From a virus (Duplodnaviria > Caudoviricetes), in IMG/VR virus record IMGVR_UViG_3300043821_000026, positions 74,503 through 138,502 of that record: a DNA stretch of 64,000 nt, one strand, 5' to 3'. The first letter of the stretch is position 1, and every line of letters starts with the position of its first letter. This document shows, piece by piece, positions 42,521 through 54,935 of this stretch. The notes under the pieces are model-generated. The model was not told where the DNA came from, did no database searches, and saw only the letters and a program-made list of their open reading frames with translations. Position numbers and translations under genes: made by a program.

Positions 42521-45500
42521 CTCCTATTTCTGCATTAATTTTAGATACATCTTATCTTTCACTTTATGAAAGGCTTCTTTATTATTATTTGCTTCATTTT
42601 TGTTATTAATTTTACTATATATTTAGTTATCTTAATCATCCTTTAAAAATATATCATTTGAGTTCTCAAAAAATATTATAACCGTTTCACACTTAACCAT
42701 TGTAACATCTACGAAATAATCGATATTATCACCTATTTGTTCACACATTAATTCTAAGATTAATTCTTGACTAAGACCAATATCGATATGTTCTATATCA
42801 ATCGCTTCATGCACATCTCTTTCAAAATTTTTTTCAATTTCCTGCATTTTTGGTAATAATTCATCCATAGTCATTATTTTAACATTATTTTTTTCCCAAT
42901 CTGAAAACTTTTTAAATCCCTCTCTATTATGCTTAAAAGCATCACTTAATATTGCAATTGCTTCATCACTTAATAAATAATGTGCTTGTAATTCATTTAA
43001 GGATGATTCATTTATATCTGCATATAATAAATCACACATTAAATGTGTTTCGTGTGACCGAAGCATTTCCTTAATTTCTTTATATTTATCAATATCATCT
43101 ATTTTGGATGCTAAAAAGCAATTTCTTTCGCATTTAAGAATTGTATTATATTCCTCATCTATTTTCTTAAAATAAGGACATTCCATACAACTATGGATAT
43201 ATATATGATTTAACTCCATTTTATCACCTAATTTCTATATGTTCTAAGATGTTGTATTACATTCATCTTAATTTGCTTTTTATATGATATTAATTCTTTA
43301 TCGATAAAATAATCAATTATATCTTCCTCTCTTTTATATAAAGCTCTATCAATTTCATCTTCAGTTAATTTTCCAACTATTACATCTGTATCAATATTAT
43401 ATCCTACAATCATATAATCACCTTTATTCTGTGATACAATTTAAACAATGATTAAAATTTCCTTCATCTTGATAGAAAATAAATATGGGTTCATATTTTG
43501 TATTTTCTGTTACTAAATATATGTAATTAGTCCCTAAATCATCTACTATTGATTGTAAAACTATTTGTAAATCAGATGGTTCATCTTTACTAAGGTTTAT
43601 AGATAAATTTTCTGCAATATTATCAAATTTATGATAAAATTCTTTAATATCTAATATCATTAATTTATTATCTACCCATTCATTAAATGTTTGATATTCG
43701 GTATTATTTCTATACGCACAACTTATTACCTTTCTATCAAATTCGTTTATATTATTATCGTTCATAAATTCCATCATATCGTATTCATCTACACCTGAAT
43801 ATTCTAATAAACACTTATCATATATTTCATAATTATATACAATATTTTCTATTTTTTCAATTTCACTATTACTTGTTACACCCTCTTGAATATTAAATGA
43901 ACCTTTTTGACATTGGATAAAACTATTACCATCAATAGCACCCATTTTTAAATAAGGACATTCTAGACAACTTTTTATATATATTTCATTTTGTATCAAT
44001 TAATCATCTCCTATATAGTATATTGACTCAATACTATTATATTTAACCTTTAATTCAACATCATCAGTTGTAATAATGAAATAATGATGTTTAAAAACAA
44101 TTCCGAAATCTTTTCTATCTGCTTCAAAAAAACCATCATAAAAGTTTATTTGAATATTGCAGTCTTCATGTGCATTTTCGCACAAATTCATTAATCTATC
44201 TTTGTTTGTTTCAAATACTTTTTCGTTATCTTCAATTTTCATTTTTATCATCTCTTTCTTTAAAATATGGACACTTTGGATAAAATGTTGTTTCCATATT
44301 CTCATAATAATCTACTGCTTCATTAATCACTTGAGATTGATGTTTTATCAAGTGAGCTTTAGCCCCTTGTTTGTATTCTTTCTTTGTGTTCGCAATTAGG
44401 AATGAGATAAATTTGTCATTATCTGAAGGATTTTCCTTTTCATTTAATTGCTTTTGCAATCGATTTAATTTATACATAACATACCAAGTACCAAAATTAT
44501 CGAAGCTTCCTTTCACATAATTAATCGGTGCATTGAAAAATGTTTTTATCTGTTGTTTCATATACATTCACCACTCATAATATATTCTTGAGGAACAATT
44601 TTTAAAGTTTGTTTATTTATGACTATAATATCTTCACAATCTAAGTTCTTTTTTAATTGCTTTAAGAAAGTTAAAGATAGTATAACTTCTGTATGATATA
44701 AGTCTACTATAATTTCATCATTTCCATTTACATAGCAATTAAAGTCTACCAATGTAAGGTTTTCATCTGAATAGATACTTGTATATGTTTCATATACAGT
44801 ACTATTTATAAAACCTGTAAGACTTTCTATACTTTGTAGCATTTTCTTTTTTTGTATCTGCATATTATGATATTCTAAATTGGTTAGATTATTAGTCATT
44901 TTTATCACCTATTAAGTTATTTAAATCTTTTAGTTTATTTGAAACTCCCTCTAATTCTTCAAGTATATCTGATTTAGTTGTTGGAATGATAAATCCAGTT
45001 ATCATTATCCAACTAAATATATACACACCATCTTCAGTCTTAACTTAGGATAATAAAAGGCTTATTTTTATCCATCATTTCAAATGTTTCTTTTAAATCT
45101 TCATAAAACTCACTATTAGCTAACATTTATTCCACCTCTATTTCATAAATACTTATAATTTCATCAATCATACATTCTGCAATAAATTCAATATCATTAT
45201 TTATAGATGTTTCATCGTATAAATCTTTACTATCAAAGAATAATGATAATTCATTTTGGCATAACAAAGCATTTTGTGATATTAATGCTTTATTCATAGC
45301 TATATCATTATATTCATCACTATTAGCTATATTATTAATTCTATCACTTATTACTTTTAAGAGATAACAATTTTCCCATGTACCACCATATCCTACATTT
45401 AATGCAGTATTTTTATTATCAATACTAAAATCCATTCCATTTTTATATTCTATTATTGTAATCATTTTATTCACCATCTATGAATATTCTAATTTCTTTT

Positions 45501-48500
45501 AAATTTATTAAACTAATTTCTGCAACAACATCATTTTGGTCTCTAAAAACAACATAATTTTCTGAGAAGTGTTTTCTTCTTAAGTAGATATTGTCGCAAT
45601 TTAATTCAACACCATTTGCAACAATAAGAGTATTATGAGGAAATACAAGATAGTATTCCTCATCAATAAAGAAATGATTAACTGTTGGGCAGTTTAATAT
45701 AATTCTTTCATTTAATTCTTTTATGTTTTTAATTTTATTTGTAGTAAGTAATATACTCATTGTTTCACATCCCTATCTATATATTTTAATGCAAACTTAC
45801 TAGCTTCTTCTTGGTCTTTAAAACCTGATATATTAAAGGAATATGATTTAAATATCATTTGTACGACTCCTTTTCGTTTTGAATTTACACTAATAGGAAT
45901 ATCCTTATAACTTGGATTATATTGTTCTGATAATTTACCATCCTCATTTTCATTTATTTGTCTTCCAATGGAATAATTATATACTAAACCATGTAATAGC
46001 TTATGTTCTTCCATTTGAATAAAGTTCTGAGTCACTTCGCCCTCAATAAATAATGGAATGCTTGGGTCATTATTGTTTTTATAATATAAAGTTAATTTAG
46101 TCATATTATTCCTCCTGCATTCGTATTTTCATTTGTTTAGTATTAAAAATATCATCTGTATCTTCATCTGCAAAACTACAGTTTAATGTTTTGCCAATTT
46201 CATCATTATTTAATTCAAATGCCATTATAATACCTCCAATAATTCATTTTCTAAATCTTCTAAATAACTTTTTAACACAATATATTCATCAGGATATAAC
46301 TTAACTGCTTCATTTTGTGCATTAAGGAATGGAAATATATTATATTCTTTTTTAATGGTATCAAAAAACTTTACGATATCTGAGATATCATATAAGTCAG
46401 GATTGATTTCATCATAAATTTTAATTTTATAATTAAAATCATGTACTTTTATAAAAACTTCTTTTACATTACTTCTGTTTATGTTACTATCTTCAATTAT
46501 CATTTAATTCAACTCCATTATATTATTTCAAATGTTATTTCTTGTTCTTTGTTTAATAAATCTTTAATATCATTTAACTGTGTTATTTCCTTTTCTGTAA
46601 AAAATTGTGTTGGTTTTGCATCTTTAATCCAATCATTTTCAATAAATATTTCTCCTCCTGTATAATCTTCATTTGTATTATCGCATCCATTTTGTGCTAA
46701 TAAATCAATTACATTAAGTCCTACAATTCCATATTCTTTAATCATATCTTTATCTTTAATTACTAAATGTTCCATAAAATCACCTTTTAATATATATTAA
46801 GTCATGATTAGATATTAATTATCCAATCATGATGTATATTTTAACACCTTTGCTATTTTTAGTTATAATAAAATCTATTCCCTCATCATTTAAGAAAGGC
46901 TTCAAGTTATCTGCTTGAAGCTTTCCCATGCACCATTCATGCATTTCACAATGTTTAATAATTGTATCCATTTTATCTTCAGTTTTAATGTTAACTGTTT
47001 GATTAAACCATTCTTTAAAATTAAGATATCTTCTGTAAGAATTTCTGTAATAAGTGGATAAGGTTATAGTATCCTTATCACTTAGTAAATATTGTTTTTG
47101 AACATCTTTTAATGTATTATACTTTTCATATACATGAAAAGTACCCAATAAGCATTCAGTATAACTTTTTGCTTTAGAATTAAATCCTTGTTTAAGATAA
47201 GGACAATCTCCACAACAATGTACTATAATATTAACAGTTTCTATTAATAACACCTACTCCAATCTTTTAATATATCCTTTAATTTCACTTTCATCTAATC
47301 CACGATTAAAAACAAAAGGTCTAATTTCATTTTTTTTCATTTCGAATGTAAATTCAATAATATTTATTTGTGTAAAAATTTCATCAATATTATGAAATTT
47401 ATCATAATATTGTAATATATTGATTAATAACCCATCATGGAATAGATAGAAATTAATATCACCATTATATTCAACGGCTTTAAATACAATATCTTGTTCA
47501 TTTTTATTATCATAATGAATACCATATGTTTGTATTTCATAATTAAGCCAATAATCTTCAACATCTAAGAGTTTGGCAATATCTAATAGTGTATCGTAGT
47601 TATTTAATAGAATATTATCAATATTAAAGTATTTTTTTACATCTTTTTTAATTTGTTTTAAATCATTATCTTCTTCTCCTAATCTTAATATTTCTATTTT
47701 ATATTGAGATGGTGGAAGCATTACATATTCAGGTAATCTTTCACCACTTATATCTCCAGTACATACGTTTAATTCGCATATACCGTTATTAAAGTCATTT
47801 TTCATAGAAAAAGCAATATCACAAACTTTATCTAAGTTTTTTGATAGTTCTGCTAATGTATTATATAATCCTATGTATCCAAACATATTTTATCACCTAA
47901 TATATTCTTTTAATATTTACTACATCATATACAGTTGGGTTAAAAGACTCAAATAAAGACATATAAGCAAATAAGCTTAAAAAATCTGTATAAGTACCTA
48001 CAAAATCAGTAAACCATTTTGGTAATATATCTGAATGTAAATTGTATTCCTGCAATTGGTTAGTGCTATCGTAGAAACTTAATGTTTCTGTTTCCCAATC
48101 TATATTAATAACTATTGTTTCTAATGTATTTCTATTTATTATTTCAAATTCTTCTATTGGTTCTTTATCTATTGTTTTAGTTTTCATTTTATCACCTATT
48201 CTAATTCGTGTTCTACATAGGATACAATATCTGTACCTAATTCTGACATAACGGCGTACCATTCAGGAGTATTTAACAATCGTTCTAATTTTGTATGTTC
48301 AAAGTGATGAATAAAATATTCTGAAACTTCTATTGGGTCATCTAACCAATCATTAGAGAAGTAATATTCATAATTACCATTTCCATCTCCGTTAAATTCC
48401 CAATCAAGTATTTTTAAACATAATTCATAAATGAAACAATAATCTTTTGTTAATCCTTTTTCTAATATTTTGGATATTAATATTGGATTACTATATATTT

Positions 48501-48774
48501 TCATAAAACTATCTTCAATTTCAGAGTTAATATTTTTAATATCAACATCATTGAGGGTTGCATAATAAACTCCCATTACTCCTTGTATTTCATCTTTAGG
48601 TTCATGTAAGGTTATTATATCGTTTTTAACACTTAATAATTCATCAACTAAATCTTTTCTGAAATTATTTCTCCAATTAAACATAATTGAATTTAAATGT
48701 GTACTGTTGATAATGATTTCATCATTAATTACATCATTTATTTCAAATTCTTCAAATATCATAATATCACTCCT

Positions 48775-49257
48775 TTAATAAAATAATTCAAGGTTGTGCA
48801 TAATTCCATCGAAAATTATATCATTAGCATTTTGCATTTTACTAATTTCCATATTATATATTTCTATATATTTATTACCATCTATTTTAAATACGTAGAA
48901 AGTCATATTTTTTTCATTAATGATATATAACCATTCAATATCACAATGTACGGAATTATCAATACCATATCCTAAAAAGTCATTTAATTCTTTAATATCT
49001 TTCCTATTGGTATCCATAATGTAACTTAAAAACCATGCACTTAAATATCTAACACTAAAAATTCTATTTTTTGCTCCTTCGGTTTCAAAAAACTCTTTAA
49101 TAAGTTTTCCAACTACTGTTGGGTATCCATCACTATGTTTATAAATGTTACAATATGTTTGTTTGCATAATGTTTTTACATTTAATCCAATTCTTTTATT
49201 TCTTACTCCTTGTTCGTTAATATCTCTTGTCCATAATATTTGACTTCTAGTACTCAT
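48775..49257 (-). CDS. Conserved phage-type hypothetical protein
   Basis: MSTRS...IY.H.DGYP...DIEWLY pattern. Confidence 0.6.
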   Translation of the reverse strand: MSTRSQILWTRDINEQGVRNKRIGLNVKTLCKQTYCNIYKHSDGYPTVVGKLIKEFFETEGAKNRIFSVRYLSAWFLSYIMDTNRKDIKELNDFLGYGIDNSVHCDIEWLYIINEKNMTFYVFKIDGNKYIEIYNMEISKMQNANDIIFDGIMHNLELFY

Positions 49258-49555
49258 ATTTACACCTCTATTTTTAATATACAATATCCATTCCAACTTT
49301 CATTAATTAAGAAAGAAATTACTTCAGTATCTTCTACACTCCATTCATTATTTGATATATCCAATAAACTATCATGACTTATAAAGATATTACCCCCACC
49401 ATCAGAGTCTATTTGAGGACTGCCATATTTAAATAGTTGTATTCCTAATTTTTCAGATGTAATAATATCTTCATGTCTAATATAGATTGTTAGTTTTGTA
49501 TAGTCATCAAATACTTCATTGTTATGTATGGTTACTAGTTTAAAATTCATTTTAT

Positions 49556-49855
49556 TTACTCCAATATTTTATTTACTTCAGATAATAAGGCTTGGGTTAT
49601 TATATATTTTTTAGGTATCTTAGTTTCTGAAGCTATTTTATTTAATTTTGTTTTAGTTTCTGCACTTAAATAAAATCCTATTCGATTTATTCCAACATTT
49701 CTAGTATTATAAATACTTAATTTGTTATTAAAAACATCTTCAAGACCTTTAGTTAATATTTGACTTTGATTTAAGTTTGTTACTTCAATTGCTCTTATTA
49801 GTTTATACATTTGTTCTGTACTTAATTCTGTATCTACTATCATTTTATCCTCCAT
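49556..49855 (-). CDS. Tandem ribbon-helix-helix DNA-binding protein
   Basis: IGFYLSAETKTKLNKIASETKIPKKYIITQAL. Confidence 0.65.
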   Translation of the reverse strand: MEDKMIVDTELSTEQMYKLIRAIEVTNLNQSQILTKGLEDVFNNKLSIYNTRNVGINRIGFYLSAETKTKLNKIASETKIPKKYIITQALLSEVNKILE

Positions 49856-50528
49856 TTAATTAAACAATATAATTCCGAATACAATATATATTAATACTAT
49901 AGTTCCTACTTCAAATAACATTTTCCCACCTCCTCCGTTTCTGTATAAATAAATTTATCATTTTTTAAATATAATAAATATTTATAATTTTGTTTTTGTA
50001 ATTTTTTTTTAATTAATTTTTTATCACCTTCATTAATAATAATGTTATTATATACTTCTATTGACTTAATAATGTTATTGGAATTAATAATACGGCTTCG
50101 TAACTCCACCACGACTATATATTTCAATACCGATACCTGCATATCCACAGATATTACAACATATATCTCTTATATCTCCGTTATCTTCTCTAACTACTCT
50201 TATATTACTCATTCCACAATTAGGACAATATCCATCTTCTTCTTCAAATCTAACCATTTAAATCACCTAAATTTCGAAAATAACAAATTCATCTTCATTA
50301 TCAGGATAAAGACTTGCTTTATTTTCTTCTTTTTTTATTTTATTAATATCATTAAATCCTTCTGCTACAATATTAAAAATATAGCTAATTAAATCTTCTA
50401 TTATCATATTTCACCTATAAAATCATATTCCTAAATAATCTATTTTATATATTTTAGGAATATTATATTTTTTATTAATTTTTTCATTTTTTTCTATTTC
50501 ATCTAAACATAAAAAAATATCTTCATTA

Positions 50529-50957
50529 TTATATTTGAGTTGTTTTAATACCTTTTGTTTGTTCTTCATAATTAAATTCTCCATATTTAATATATTTATT
50601 ATAATATTTGCCTAAGCTTTCTGCATTAACCCATTCAACTGCTTGTTTTACGTTAATAGAATATATATAAAAGTCATTCTTATGGTTTTGGAATGATATT
50701 TTAATTCCAGTTGTGCCATCTTTATATACTAATTGCATACTATGTATCGCAGAGCTTCTGTATTTAGGAAATTTTATACCTTTAATAAGTAACTTAACAT
50801 CAATACGGAATAGTTGCTTTTTTTTAAGATTGTTTTGTGTATTAATTCTTTTTTTTCTTTCTATAAGTTCTTTTTGTTGATAGGAAGCTATTGAAATAGC
50901 TCCCTTATTTATATTTTTATCTATACTGTTTTGTTCTAATTTTTCATATATACTCAT
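50529..50957 (-). CDS. KTSC domain protein
   Basis: SSAI......Y...Y.Y...AESLGKYYNKYIK. Confidence 0.75.
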   Translation of the reverse strand: MSIYEKLEQNSIDKNINKGAISIASYQQKELIERKKRINTQNNLKKKQLFRIDVKLLIKGIKFPKYRSSAIHSMQLVYKDGTTGIKISFQNHKNDFYIYSINVKQAVEWVNAESLGKYYNKYIKYGEFNYEEQTKGIKTTQI

Positions 50958-51561
50958 TTTAATCACCTATAAATCGTTAAAAACTACGTAGTCATTACCA
51001 TCATTAATTGTACGGTCTATAGCTTTATTTAAATTATCAATAATTTCTTTTGATAATATTTCTTCTTCTTCTACGATAAATTCTAATAAGTCATCAATTT
51101 CTATTTCAAAAAATCCTACACCATCAGAATTTGTAAAGTCATTTGCATAATCTAATAATGCAGAAAATACTTCAAAATCACTCCATGTATTAAATACACA
51201 AAAATTTAAATCAGTATCATAAATTATATGTCCATCAGAATACTGTACTGATGTATAATATGCTCTTACACTCATAAACTCACTCCAACCAAAAATAAAT
51301 ATCTTTATCTGTAATAGATGGGAAGATAATACATATAAATCTATCTTGCCATTTTTCTATACTTTCTTCAATAGACTCACAATCAAATCTTTGAAGGTCA
51401 TTTTTTGTATAAACACTTATGCAGTTTTCTAGGAAGTAAATTAAACTACAATTATACTCTAATTCGAAATATGTATCTACTAATTCTTTAAAATCTAATT
51501 CAGATACAATATCCTGTATTTCTTTTATCTTTGACATAATATCTCCTTTTTTTTAATTAAT

Positions 51562-51628
51562 GAAGCTAATAGCTTCTTAAACTCCTATCGCAATAGAAGT
51601 TTAAGAAGAGATTATAAATACTCTTCTT
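51562..51628 (-). repeat. Three-hairpin intergenic element, divergent copy
   Basis: AAGAAGAG/CTCTTCTT, CTTCTTAAACTTCTAT/ATAGGAGTTTAAGAAG, GAAGCT/AGCTTC. Confidence 0.7.
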
Positions 51629-51707
51629 CGTTATTTAAATAACTTAATTCCTCTTCTAACCAAATAATATCCTCTTCGCATAATATTTCTTCTTCTAACC
51701 ATTCCAT
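51612..51707 (-). CDS. 31-aa extremely acidic peptide
   Basis: GGAG RBS; MEWLEEEILCEEDIIWLEEELSYLNNEEEYL*. Confidence 0.6.
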   Translation of the reverse strand: MEWLEEEILCEEDIIWLEEELSYLNNEEEYL

Positions 51708-52465
51708 ATAAATTACTCCTCTTTTTGATTATCTAAATATTCTTTTTCTTCTTTATCATAAAGGAATGTTAAAAACTCCTTATATGATTGATTATTATAT
51801 AATTTTTCAAACTCTTTTTTAGTTATTAAATAAATACCATCATTATGAATATTATTTAAATAAATTTTTTGTAAATAATCTTTTGATGGTGTTATTGGAT
51901 TATTGCATGGCTCTAATATTATCATTTTAGGTATAGGTTCATCTACATTTGTTTTAAACGTATAATCATTACCGTTTATTTCAAACCCATCTTTATTTAG
52001 AAATATAACTGAATATTTATCATTATTTTTATCTCTATTTATTATCACTCCACATATTTTAGATTTATCAATATATTTGATTTTTTGTGTAATTTCTTCA
52101 GTCCATATATAATCATAGCATAAACTAACTTCTATTTCATGCTCAAACATAAAAATAGAAGCAAATTCATCTTTATTTACTCTTGTAGAATGGACAGAGA
52201 ACTCAAAATCATATATATCTTCTTCTAACTCTCTTAATAAATTTTCTTCGAAATTATTGTAATTATAAAAAGTCATTTTTAATCCTCAATTATATAATCT
52301 TCTAAAAAAGATTTTAAATCATTAACAGAAACATCACAGATGTTTATATTATCTTCAATGTACATAGATTGGAATATAAGATTAATAAGCTTTTCATATT
52401 CTTCACAATCAATTAAATCTATCATATACTGATAATGATTTCTTAAAAATACCTCATTACCATAT

Positions 52466-52804
52466 TCATTGCCCATATTTAAAATTAATTTCACCACTAT
52501 CTATTAGTTCTCTAATTGTTGTTTTAGGGAAAAATCTATCTCTTTCAATTCCTAAACCAAGTGCATTAGTCATATTTTCTAATTCAGAAAGCATAACTGT
52601 ACCAGTTTCCCATACAAGGATATAAGCATATCCGAATAACATATAATCATTGCCAACTTTTTCTGCTCCAATAATATACCATGTACCTGCTCCACATGGG
52701 TCAAAATATTTAACAATTACTTCAGAGTCATCTATAGTGTCTTTATTGCCGTATAAATTTGTATTATCGAATTTCTTTTGAATTTCTTTTGTTAAAAGTT
52801 TCAT
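52466..52804 (-). CDS. DUF2958 family protein
   Basis: VKYFDPCGAGTWYI...LFG....E.G.V.LSEL...IERD. Confidence 0.8.
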   Translation of the reverse strand: MKLLTKEIQKKFDNTNLYGNKDTIDDSEVIVKYFDPCGAGTWYIIGAEKVGNDYMLFGYAYILVWETGTVMLSELENMTNALGLGIERDRFFPKTTIRELIDSGEINFKYGQ

Positions 52805-52823
52805 TGTATAATCTCCTTATTTT

Positions 52824-52878
52824 CAAGCTTAAGAGCTTGTACAACTCCGAAGAGTTGTACAAGACCATAAGGTCTTGT
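52824..52878 (-). repeat. Three-hairpin intergenic element (CAAG/CTTG core, UUCG loop)
   Basis: ACAAGACC-TTAT-GGTCTTGT-ACAACTC-TTCG-GAGTTGT-ACAAGCTCTT-AAGCTTG. Confidence 0.85.
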
Positions 52879-53199
52879 TTAAGCTATTTCTATTCTATCA
52901 ATTATTTCTAATGGATAAACTCCTTTAGTTTCATAGAAATTTGGATAACCAATGTCAATATCTTCTCTAAGGTCGGAAATAGTGATAATTCCATCATTAT
53001 CAATACTGATATTAGATGTTAATCCAAGCATAGCCACTTTATCTGTATTTTTAAAAAATACGTTACAATCTTCACTATGAGAATAAACTAAAGTATGTTC
53101 ATTCTCAATAGTAAGTTTTACTTCTTCTCTACTTTCAGGTATACAAATTAAACCGATTGTATTAATTAAATTTTCACTTGTGTACATATTTAATCTCCT

Positions 53200-53257
53200 T
53201 AAGCTCATAATGAGCTTATACAACTCCTAAGAGTTGTATAAGACCATTTGGTCTTAT
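53200..53257 (-). repeat. Three-hairpin intergenic element (TAAG/CTTA core)
   Basis: ATAAGACC-AAAT-GGTCTTAT-ACAACTC-TTAG-GAGTTGT-ATAAGCTCA-TTA-TGAGCTTA. Confidence 0.85.
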
Positions 53258-53713
53258 AAATTAGTAATTCCTAATTCATCTGCCTCATTTAATAAATATG
53301 AGTCAGTAATTACTTCAAATAAATAATCATTTATTCTGTTTCTAGCTTCTTTAATACTCATTTCGCCAAATAAATTGACTTCAAAGGTATATAAACCATT
53401 ACTTTTACCTAAACAACAAACATCACTCATTGCACCATCTACATAATGGTCAGAGAGTTTACCATCAAGTTTAGTAACCATATCTTCACCACCTAAAAAG
53501 CTATTAATTTTACTTAAAGCTTCTTCAGGTACTTTAAATACCCAGTCATATAACTCATCTTCTTCCCTGTGTATAGGAGGAATGGAAAAGCTTTGGATTG
53601 ATTTAAGTGGAACTCTTATGGTTCTGCTACTTAAAGTAATTCCATTTCGACTGACTGTTTCGCCTTTGTTAAGTTTGTGGTCTTCGTAGTTCATAATTAA
53701 TTCTCCATTGATT

Positions 53714-53780
53714 AAAACTGCATAGCAGTCTTATTATAGCTTCTTTTAGTCAAAGCTATAATAACACTACTATTAGTTTA
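53714..53780 (-). repeat. Three-hairpin intergenic element, divergent copy
   Basis: TTATTATAGCTT/AAGCTATAATAA overlapping AAGACTGC/GCAGTTTT ahead of the GGAG RBS. Confidence 0.55.
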
Positions 53781-53781
53781 A

Positions 53782-53995
53782 ATATTGTGATGTCTTTCCT
53801 GCCGTTAAGGGCATGACCATCTCCCACGCAGATACCGAAGTACCCTATGAGAGTTGCATAGGTAAGCAAGGACTGTAAAAACAGTTTGCCGTTTAATAAG
53901 ACAATTATGCTCCAATTTGTTAATTTGGAGTGAGTTATCTCTTCCAACTCATTCTTAAGGTGTTTCAACCAGTATAGGAGTTACCTCCCTACAAT
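53782..53995 (-). ncRNA. Highly structured leader or ncRNA
   Basis: GC-richer; stems TGAGTT/AACTCA, CTCCAA/TTGGAG, AAACGG/CTGTTT, CCTATG/CATAGG, GGTAC-TTCG-GTATC, TGCC/GGCA, GATG/CATC. Confidence 0.6.
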
Positions 53996-54232
53996 ATACA
54001 TATTTGTTCAAACCACTATATAAAGGTATCGATAACCTTCAAGTGGTTTAACATATGAATTGTGGGGACTTGCCTCCTACAATATACATATTTGTTTCAC
54101 CCCATATATAAAGGTATCGATACCAAATTAATGATAACAAATATTTTTTTCTTAAGGTGTTTCAACCATCTTTGGGAGTTGCCCCCCTCCGATATATACA
54201 TATTTGTTGCACCCCCTATATAAAGGTGTCGG
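53953..54232 (-). promoter_or_regulatory. Three tandem promoter units (BRE-TATA plus conserved initial transcribed region)
   Basis: CGAYACCTTTATATA-N8/9-AACAAATATGTATAT three times, each followed by a GNRA-capped hairpin. Confidence 0.8.
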
Positions 54233-54703
54233 TGCAATATCATATGCTTAATAATATATAATTTTTTTTGAAATTTTATAAAAATTCCTATTACCACTAT
54301 CATAATGGTAGTAGTAATAGCAACTTTTATTAATTTTTTTCATTAAATTTTATTAATTTTTTATCAAAATTTTTATTCTCTATATAGAATATTTTTATAT
54401 TATATTTTCTATTCTATCTTTAGGAATATTATAATAAAATTTTTCTATATATATAATATAATATCTCTAATAAGTATTAATATCTCTATTATTAACTCCT
54501 ATATAGATAATTTATATATATCTCTTATTATATACTCTTATATACAAATTACTCTTACTATACATCTCTATATAGTATATTATTTATTTAAATTTGCTTT
54601 TATTTTTTTAAAGAAATTTAGTGGCTCTATTACATAAATAGCTACCTCTATGGCTTTCTTTAGCTAATTAAACAGCAAATTGGCTTCTAATTTCATAATT
54701 ACC

Positions 54704-54935
54704 CTCTTAAAGGGAATATTAATTAAACCCTCTTAAAGGTGCATTTAAGTCAGACTCTCTTAAAGGACTGAATTAATTAACAACTCTCTTAAAGGACTGA
54801 ATTTCATCAACGCCCTCTTTAGGGGGCTTTTTGATAAAAATTGTATTTATTTCCTGCCCTCTTAAAGGAAGATTATTTTCGATAAAAAAATAATCTTAAA
54901 AAAAATTGTATTTTAAAACTGCCCTCTTAAAGAGC
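54704..54935. repeat. Seven CTCTTAAAGG-like repeats next to a very AT-rich tract (candidate origin/iterons)
   Basis: Starts at 54704, 54730, 54757, 54786, 54815, 54859, 54924; AT-rich tract at 54240-54620. Confidence 0.7.

Larger units (their letters stand above)
23590..47253 (-). other. Region of small hypothetical ORFs, about 25 carrying a CxxC(P)[YF]...C...C(PL) four-Cys mini-domain
   Basis: Examples: ORFs 23929, 24699, 25969, 26604, 30885, 31283, 31479, 31897, 33068, 34975, 35359, 35724, 37958, 38178, 39012, 40990, 42632, 43424, 46819. Confidence 0.8.

Noticed and set aside
23590-47253. Diversity-generating retroelement behind the four-Cys family
   Set aside because: No reverse transcriptase and no near-identical template/variable repeat pair differing at adenines; the similarity is at protein level only.
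53953-54935. CRISPR array
   Set aside because: The units contain promoters or are only 10 bp long with irregular spacing; there is no constant repeat with unique spacers and no cas operon. The Cas4-like gene sits in a replication context.
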